Below are positions 35,801-44,800 of a DNA stretch of 64,000 nucleotides, piece after piece (the first letter of the stretch is position 1; each line of letters starts with the position of its first letter). The DNA comes from Macrostomum lignano (Eukaryota), in NCBI GenBank assembly GCA_002269645.1, contig NIVC01002689.1, positions 1 to 64,000 on the forward strand, written 5' to 3'. Below the pieces are notes generated by a model. The model searched no databases, was not told the origin of the DNA, and saw nothing but the letters and a program-made list of their open reading frames with translations. Position numbers and translations under genes: made by a program.

Positions 35801-38800
35801 CCGCCGCGCTGCGCATCTGCTGCACCTCCGGCCACTTGCTGTGAGCGTCTACCACCACCAGGTACACGTAGCCGTTGACGGGCCCGGCGAAGTCGACATG
35901 CAGGCGCTCCCATGGCTCTGTCGGGAATGGCCATGACTGTACTGGTGCCTTAGGCGGGTCTGCCTGGTTGAGCTGGCAGGTGCGGCAGGCCTTGGCCGCA
36001 GCTTCCAGATCGCTGTCGATGCCTGGCCACCAGACATAGCTGCGGGCAAGAGCACGCATCCTGCTGATGCCGGGATGCGCTTGGTGCAGCTCCTGCATCA
36101 CTTGCTGTCGGAGCGCTGTCGGTACTACGACCCTGGCGCCCCAGAGCACACAGCCCTGGTCAACCGATAGCTCGGACTGTCGGCGGGCGAAATCGATGAG
36201 ATCGGCCTCGATGGACGCACCCGACTGCAGACAGCGCAGCACGCGGCCCAGCGTGGCGTCCGTCCTGGTGTGCCGCGAGACTGCTTGCGCTGTGATGGCG
36301 GACCCTACGCCCTCGTCGAGCAGCAGCGAATTGACAGCCGCCTCCTCCTCAAACAGCTGCGGTAGCGGCAGCCGCGAGAGTGAGTCGCAGTTGGCGTGCT
36401 TCTCCGTCGGCCGGAACTCCAGCGAGTAGTCATAGCTCGCCAGGCGGATGGCCCAGCGCTGCATGCGTGCGGCTGCGTGCGCGGGGATGGCCTTGCGCTC
36501 GCCCAGCAGACCCAGCAGCGGCAAGTGGTCGGTGACGATGGTGAACCGGCGGCCGTAGAGAAACTGGTGGAAGCGCTGCAGGCCAAACATGATGGCCAGC
36601 GCCTCCTTGTCTAGCTGCGAGTAGCCACGTTGAGCTGCCGTTAGGCTGCGGCTGGCGAAGGCGACTGCGCAGTCCTTGTTGCCGATGCGATGAGTCAGCA
36701 CGACGCCCAAGCCGTAGGGTGAGGCGTCACACTCCAGGCGTAGAGGCAGGTCCGGGCTGTAGTGCACGAGCACCGGTGACTGGAGTAGCAATCGCTTCGC
36801 CTCGTCAAACGCCCGCTGCTGCGGCTGCTCCCAGGTCCAGCGCGTGTTCTTGACCAGTAGCTGGTGGAGTGGTGCCAGCACGGTGGACAGGTTTGGCAGA
36901 AACTTGCAATACTGTGCCAACATGCCGAGAAACGAGCGCAGCTGGTTGACATCTTTTGGAGCCGGCGCATCCTGGACGGCGGAGACTCGATCAGGCAGCG
37001 GACTGAGGCCGTTGGCGTCGATGCGATGGCCCAGATACTCGACGGAGTCCTTAAAGAACTGGCACTTGTCTTTGTTCAGAAGAAGGCCAGCGCCCTGCAG
37101 GCGATGCAGGACTAGAGCCAGGTTCTTTTTGTGCTGCTGCAGCGTGCCGCCTGTGACGAGGATGTCGTCGACGAAGACCTGGACGGCGTTGAGGCCCCCA
37201 GCAGGGTGTCCAGCGTCCGCTGAAAGATTGCGCTGGCGCTGGTGATGCCGAAAGGCATGCGGTTTAGCTGGAAAAGTCCTCTTGGCGTGTTGATAGTGAG
37301 GAAGGCCTTGCTGTCTTCGGACAGCGGCAGCTGCAGGAAGGCGTTGGACAGGTCCAGCTTGGACCACTTGCAGCCACCGCCGAGCTTGGCGAAGAGGTCC
37401 TCGATGCGTGGCAGCGGGTAGTGCTCCGGCTTGCTCGCCGCGTTGTAGGTGAGCTTGTAGTCACCGCAGATCCTAACGCTGCCGTCCTTCTTCACCACTG
37501 GCACAATGGGTGCCGCCCAGTCGCTGTGCTTGACCGCTTTGATGATTCCGCTGGCCTCCATGCGCTGCAGCTCGGCGTCCACACGTTCGCGCAGAGCGTA
37601 GGGGACGGGACGGGCCTTGAAAAACCGTGGCTGCGCGCCTTCGGTGACCTGCAACCGGACTTGGCCATGCTGAAATTCTCCCAGGCCGTCCTCGAAGACA
37701 GAGGAGAACTCCTTGATGAGGTCCCCGACGCCGTCGTCTGCAGAGACGGAGTGGACCTGCGCCATGATGCTCGGCCAGTTCAGCCGCAGTCTGGCCAGCC
37801 AGTCGCGCCCCAGCAACGGAGTGTCGCCCTGTGTGACGACAAGCAGAGGGAGCTGCAGATGTTGACCGTCGAGCTGGACGGTGACAGATGCCTGGCCGAT
37901 GGGGCGAAATCGCTCGTTGGTGAAGGTGCGCAGGATAGCTGCGGACGGTGACAGAGGCAGCTGCGGCAACAGCTTCTGCTGCAGGCTCTGCGGGATCAGA
38001 GTGACCGCAGATCCAGTGTCGATAACGAATCGGCACGGCTGTCCGTTAACCTGCAGCTGCACCGTTGGGCCTGCGTTGCTTCTAGACGGCTGAACGGCGA
38101 AGATTGGCATTTGGGCGGTCGCCTCGGGTGGCGATTGCGGATCCTCATGCAGGAGTTGCAGCTTGGCCGAGCGGCAAACCTTACGGATGTGGCCAGTCTT
38201 GCCACAGGCGTGGCACTTGGCGTCCCGCAGCTTGCACTGCTGGCGGCTGTGGGCGCCGCCGCAGCTTCCGCAGGCGCCGCTGTTGCTGTTGCTGCCAGCA
38301 TTGCCGCCTTTTTTGCCGAAGCTGCTGGTACTGCCGCTTTTTCCGCCGCCTCGCTGCTGAAATACGCTCCCACCGCCGCCATGGGAAGACCCGGCACCGC
38401 GGCGCTTGTGCTGCTGGTTGCCGTGCGCATGCAGCTGAGCTACAGGGGCTGCCGCTCTGTGCGCCATCTCGTGCGATGACTTCTCTGCAGACTCCAAGGA
38501 GAGGATTTTCTGCTGCAGAGACTTAAAGGTGGGCTTCACCTCCTCCAGCAGCTTCACTCGGAAGGCGTCACTGAGCAGGCCGAAGACGAGTTGGTCGCGG
38601 AGCCGCTCCTCCAGAGTGTTGCCGAAGTTGCAGTGGGCCGACAAGGCCTTCAGACCGGCGATGAACTCAGCGAAGGTCTCACCAGGCTGCTGCAGACGAC
38701 GCTGGAAGCGAAAGCGGGCTGCCAGCTCGGATGGCTGTGGAGCGTAGTGATTTCGCAGGATCTCCGTTAGCTCATCGAATGACTTGTCTGCGATCTTTTT

Positions 38801-41800
38801 GGGAAGACAGAGGTTGCGCAGCACTGAATAAGCTTCCTCGCCAATTGCTGTGACGAGTGTAGCCACCTTGGCCTCTTCCTTCACCTCTTTGCAGATGAAG
38901 TAATGTTGCAGTCTCTCCAGATATACGTCAATATCTGTGTTCGCGGAGAGAATTGGGATGCCTCCCAGCGCGGAACTCGTCGCCATTGTAATAACTTTAA
39001 AGGCAAAGGCTGGCTTGTTGCACGAATTCAGTTTGCTCTGCTGAGCTAAGTGAGCTGAGAATCGCAGAGACACCGGAAAGGAAGTGCCGTTCCCAAGCAG
39101 AGTGGGAGGCACCTTTAAAGAGTATATTTGGGGTGGGTGCGCCCCGAGCTTCGTAGAGGGAAGGCAGTGGGACTCACATAGACAGTGGAAAGATACAATG
39201 GGGTGAGTCACACGCAGACAGACAGACAGACAGACAGAGACGAGGAACCAGACACACGAAGTGATTCAGACAAGGGGGGTACAAACATAACAGAAAACAC
39301 AAGAGTACACAATGTCGGTTAATGTCCGTGGCACAAACACCACATCTCCCCCCTCAGTCAGCTTCCTCATCACGGCATCTGAAGTCTCTCCGGTGAACGT
39401 CGCGTGCGCGCCGGATAGCGCCGCGGAGCAGCAGGCCCGGGGCTCTCGTGCGCCGAATTGGCACCACCGCTGGGCACCGCCTGCACATCAGCCGCGGCAG
39501 TGGTGCTGTCGATGCCTTGTTGGTTGCGGGCGTCGCCAGGTGCCGTGTGGCCAGCGTCGGGTGACGGCTCGCTGACATCGGCGGGCTGAACGCTAGTGTC
39601 GGCGGCGGGTGCAGCCAGCAGCTGGTCGTTGTGCCGAACGTGTCGCCCCTGCTCCGAGTCGACGGTGCAATTGCGGCTGCCAGCACTCGCGATGACGCCC
39701 TCCGCCCAGCGCGGCGAATCGCCGGCCCTCGCGCCAACGCTGTAGTCGCGGAAGAGGACGCGGTCACCTGGCAGGAACTCGCGCGCGCGCCGCCGCTCCT
39801 GTAGCAGCTGCTCCTGTCGCTGCTGCACATCGCTGGCCAGCGAAGGCTTCAGGAGATCCAGGCGGCAGCGGAGACGCCGGCCTATGAGCAGCTGGCTCGG
39901 AGCGACACCGCTGACGCTGTGCGGGGTGTTGCGGTAGGAGAGCAGCAGCCGCTGCAGCTCAGCGTTGGAGTGGCCGCTCTTGAGAAGGTGCCGCTTGAGC
40001 ACCTGGACAAAGCGCTCGGCCTGGCCGTTCGTGGCGGGATGAAACGGCGCCGAGAAGATGTGCCGAATGCCGTTGGCCTTGGTGAACTCGGCGAACTCGG
40101 CGGAGGCGAACTGAGCCCCGTTGTCGGACACCAACGTGCGAGGGATGCCTTGGCGAGCGAAGATCTCTCGCAGGCCCGCGATGGTGGAGGTCGCCGCCGC
40201 GCTGCGCATCTGCTGCACCTCCGGCCACTTGCTGTGAGCGTCTACCACCACCAGGTACACGTAGCCGTTGACGGGCCCGGCGAAGTCGACATGCAGGCGC
40301 TCCCATGGCTCTGTCGGGAATGGCCATGACTGTACTGGTGCCTTAGGCGGGTCTGCCTGGTTGAGCTGGCAGGTGCGGCAGGCCTTGGCCGCAGCTTCCA
40401 GATCGCTGTCGATGCCTGGCCACCAGACATAGCTGCGGGCAAGAGCACGCATCCTGCTGATGCCGGGATGCGCTTGGTGCAGCTCCTGCATCACTTGCTG
40501 TCGGAGCGCTGTCGGTACTACGACCCTGGCGCCCCAGAGCACACAGCCCTGGTCAACCGATAGCTCGGACTGTCGGCGGGCGAAATCGATGAGATCGGCC
40601 TCGATGGACGCACCCGACTGCAGACAGCGCAGCACGCGGCCCAGCGTGGCGTCCGTCCTGGTGTGCCGCGAGACTGCTTGCGCTGTGATGGCGGACCCTA
40701 CGCCCTCGTCGAGCAGCAGCGAATTGACAGCCGCCTCCTCCTCAAACAGCTGCGGTAGCGGCAGCCGCGAGAGTGAGTCGCAGTTGGCGTGCTTCTCCGT
40801 CGGCCGGAACTCCAGCGAGTAGTCATAGCTCGCCAGGCGGATGGCCCAGCGCTGCATGCGTGCGGCTGCGTGCGCGGGGATGGCCTTGCGCTCGCCCAGC
40901 AGACCCAGCAGCGGCAAGTGGTCGGTGACGATGGTGAACCGGCGGCCGTAGAGAAACTGGTGGAAGCGCTGCAGGCCAAACATGATGGCCAGCGCCTCCT
41001 TGTCTAGCTGCGAGTAGCCACGTTGAGCTGCCGTTAGGCTGCGGCTGGCGAAGGCGACTGCGCAGTCCTTGTTGCCGATGCGATGAGTCAGCACGACGCC
41101 CAAGCCGTAGGGTGAGGCGTCACACTCCAGGCGTAGAGGCAGGTCCGGGCTGTAGTGCACGAGCACCGGTGACTGGAGTAGCAATCGCTTCGCCTCGTCA
41201 AACGCCCGCTGCTGCGGCTGCTCCCAGGTCCAGCGCGTGTTCTTGACCAGTAGCTGGTGGAGTGGTGCCAGCACGGTGGACAGGTTTGGCAGAAACTTGC
41301 AATACTGTGCCAACATGCCGAGAAACGAGCGCAGCTGGTTGACATCTTTTGGAGCCGGCGCATCCTGGACGGCGGAGACTCGATCAGGCAGCGGACTGAG
41401 GCCGTTGGCGTCGATGCGATGGCCCAGATACTCGACGGAGTCCTTAAAGAACTGGCACTTGTCTTTGTTCAGAAGAAGGCCAGCGCCCTGCAGGCGATGC
41501 AGGACTAGAGCCAGGTTCTTTTTGTGCTGCTGCAGCGTGCCGCCTGTGACGAGGATGTCGTCGACGAAGACCTGGACGGCGTTGAGGCCCCCCAGCAGGG
41601 TGTCCAGCGTCCGCTGAAAGATTGCGCTGGCGCTGGTGATGCCGAAAGGCATGCGGTTTAGCTGGAAAAGTCCTCTTGGCGTGTTGATAGTGAGGAAGGC
41701 CTTGCTGTCTTCGGACAGCGGCAGCTGCAGGAAGGCGTTGGACAGGTCCAGCTTGGACCACTTGCAGCCACCGCCGAGCTTGGCGAAGAGGTCCTCGATG

Positions 41801-44800
41801 CGTGGCAGCGGGTAGTGCTCCGGCTTGCTCGCCGCGTTGTAGGTGAGCTTGTAGTCACCGCAGATCCTAACGCTGCCGTCCTTCTTCACCACTGGCACAA
41901 TGGGTGCCGCCCAGTCGCTGTGCTTGACCGCTTTGATGATTCCGCTGGCCTCCATGCGCTGCAGCTCGGCGTCCACACGTTCGCGCAGAGCGTAGGGGAC
42001 GGGACGGGCCTTGAAAAACCGTGGCTGCGCGCCTTCGGTGACCTGCAACCGGACTTGGCCATGCTGAAATTCTCCCAGGCCGTCCTCGAAGACAGAGGAG
42101 AACTCCTTGATGAGGTCCCCGACGCCGTCGTCTGCAGAGACGGAGTGGACCTGCGCCATGATGCTCGGCCAGTTCAGCCGCAGTCTGGCCAGCCAGTCGC
42201 GCCCCAGCAACGGAGTGTCGCCCTGTGTGACGACAAGCAGAGGGAGCTGCAGATGTTGACCGTCGAGCTGGACGGTGACAGATGCCTGGCCGATGGGGCG
42301 AAATCGCTCGTTGGTGAAGGTGCGCAGGATAGCTGCGGACGGTGACAGAGGCAGCTGCGGCAACAGCTTCTGCTGCAGGCTCTGCGGGATCAGAGTGACC
42401 GCAGATCCAGTGTCGATAACGAATCGGCACGGCTGTCCGTTAACCTGCAGCTGCACCGTTGGGCCTGCGTTGCTTCTAGACGGCTGAACGGCGAAGATTG
42501 GCATTTGGGCGGTCGCCTCGGGTGGCGATTGCGGATCCTCATGCAGGAGTTGCAGCTTGGCCGAGCGGCAAACCTTACGGATGTGGCCAGTCTTGCCACA
42601 GGCGTGGCACTTGGCGTCCCGCAGCTTGCACTGCTGGCGGCTGTGGGCGCCGCCGCAGCTTCCGCAGGCGCCGCTGTTGCTGTTGCTGCCAGCATTGCCG
42701 CCTTTTTTGCCGAAGCTGCTGGTACTGCCGCTTTTTCCGCCGCCTCGCTGCTGAAATACGCTCCCACCGCCGCCATGGGAAGACCCGGCACCGCGGCGCT
42801 TGTGCTGCTGGTTGCCGTGCGCATGCAGCTGAGCTACAGGGGCTGCCGCTCTGTGCGCCATCTCGTGCGATGACTTCTCTGCAGACTCCAAGGAGAGGAT
42901 TTTCTGCTGCAGAGACTTAAAGGTGGGCTTCACCTCCTCCAGCAGCTTCACTCGGAAGGCGTCACTGAGCAGGCCGAAGACGAGTTGGTCGCGGAGCCGC
43001 TCCTCCAGAGTGTTGCCGAAGTTGCAGTGGGCCGACAAGGCCTTCAGACCGGCGATGAACTCAGCGAAGGTCTCACCAGGCTGCTGCAGACGACGCTGGA
43101 AGCGAAAGCGGGCTGCCAGCTCGGATGGCTGTGGAGCGTAGTGATTTCGCAGGATCTCCGTTAGCTCATCGAATGACTTGTCTGCGATCTTTTTGGGAAG
43201 ACAGAGGTTGCGCAGCACTGAATAAGCTTCCTCGCCAATTGCTGTGACGAGTGTAGCCACCTTGGCCTCTTCCTTCACCTCTTTGCAGATGAAGTAATGT
43301 TGCAGTCTCTCCAGATATACGTCAATATCTGTGTTCGCGGAGAGAATTGGGATGCCTCCCAGCGCGGAACTCGTCGCCATTGTAATAACTTTAAAGGCAA
43401 AGGCTGGCTTGTTGCACGAATTCAGTTTGCTCTGCTGAGCTAAGTGAGCTGAGAATCGCAGAGACACCGGAAAGGAAGTGCCGTTCCCAAGCAGAGTGGG
43501 AGGCACCTTTAAGGAGTATATTTGGGGTGGGTGCGCCCCGAGCTTCGTAGAGGGAAGGCAGTGGGACTCACATAGACAGTGGAAAGATACAATGGGGTGA
43601 GTCACACGCAGACAGACAGACAGACAGACAGAGACGAGGAACCAGACACACGAAGTGATTCAGACAAGGGGGGTACAAACATAACAGAAAACACAAGAGT
43701 ACACAATGTCGGTTAATGTCCGTGGCACAAACACCACAGACTCAGCCTGGAGATCGGGGAGAGTAGGGACTTAGTCTGGGGATATGGGAGAGTAGGGACT
43801 CAGCCTAGGGATCTGAGAAGGAGTAGGGACCCAGCCTATAGAGATCTGATAAACAGTAGGGACCCAGACTAGGGATCTGGGAGAGTAGAGACACAGTTTG
43901 AGGATTAAAGCAGACTAGTTTTACATTAAATCACCTTTTTCCTCGCCCATCATTCCTGGAATGATGTCGAGATCGTTAAGACATTTTCGCAGCTTCAGAA
44001 CTTGCCTAGCGCTGACAAACTTGTTTCTAAAAGCATTTGACAGTGGTAGAAATATATGAGAACACAAATACAATATAAAACTGTAGGTCAGGGTAGGAGT
44101 GTCGCTCACCTTCTCAAACAGTTTACAATACCTTCGCGCAAAGTATTCTTGATTTCCTCATAATTATCGATGTCTTTAGCCTGACCAGGCCGCTCTAGGA
44201 CGCCATCGAATGCGCCAACGGTGGCAAACATGGCGAACAGCGTTGAGTCCAGATAACAAGAGTTGTGATGTCCCTGGACACCGCGATTGCGACCGACCAA
44301 ATTGTCCAAACCGTCTAGGCGAATTCGAGGCTCAGTTGGACCCGCAATGGTTTCAAAGTCGCCACTGCCAAATTGGTGAGGCAGAGCCTCGGCTCCTCTG
44401 GGACGATCAGCCTGGTTATTGGCATTTTGCGCTGGCTCAATGGCATCCAGAAAGGTGAACCACAGATAAGGCTGAACATCTGGATGCACGGCTCGCACTT
44501 GGCTAGAAGGCACGAACCCGTGGCCTCCGCGTTCAACTCCTTCGTTGTCATCAAGAGCAACGCCAACAACCAGATCTGTTTGGTTTGGAATGAAACCGAA
44601 CCACATAACCATGCCGACCTTGTCCAGGAATGTTAAATTGACATGCGAGTCGATTCGAATGCCTCTACTCTCCATCAGTGCCTGCGCCTCGTCGCGACGT
44701 GGATCAGATGAGTTGGGAGGCTGAGCAGGCGGCTGATAAATTCGGCCAGCATTGGCGCGGCTCTCTACAAAATATGAGCAGTACAGCAGTTGTACAGCCT

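Larger units (their letters stand above)
25806..43738 (-). mobile_element. Tandem tetramer of a Ty3/Gypsy (Mag-like) LTR retrotransposon, LTR-(internal-LTR)x4, single TSD
   Basis: 4394-bp period, five TG...CA LTRs, GACTC TSD only at 25801-25805 and 43739-43743; domain order gag-PR-RT-RH-INT; two CCHC-type knuckles; no env or chromodomain seen. Confidence 0.97.

Noticed and set aside
26131-43141. Numerous short overlapping or antisense ORFs inside the retroelement
   Set aside because: Expected shadow ORFs of a GC-rich coding region, repeated with each unit.
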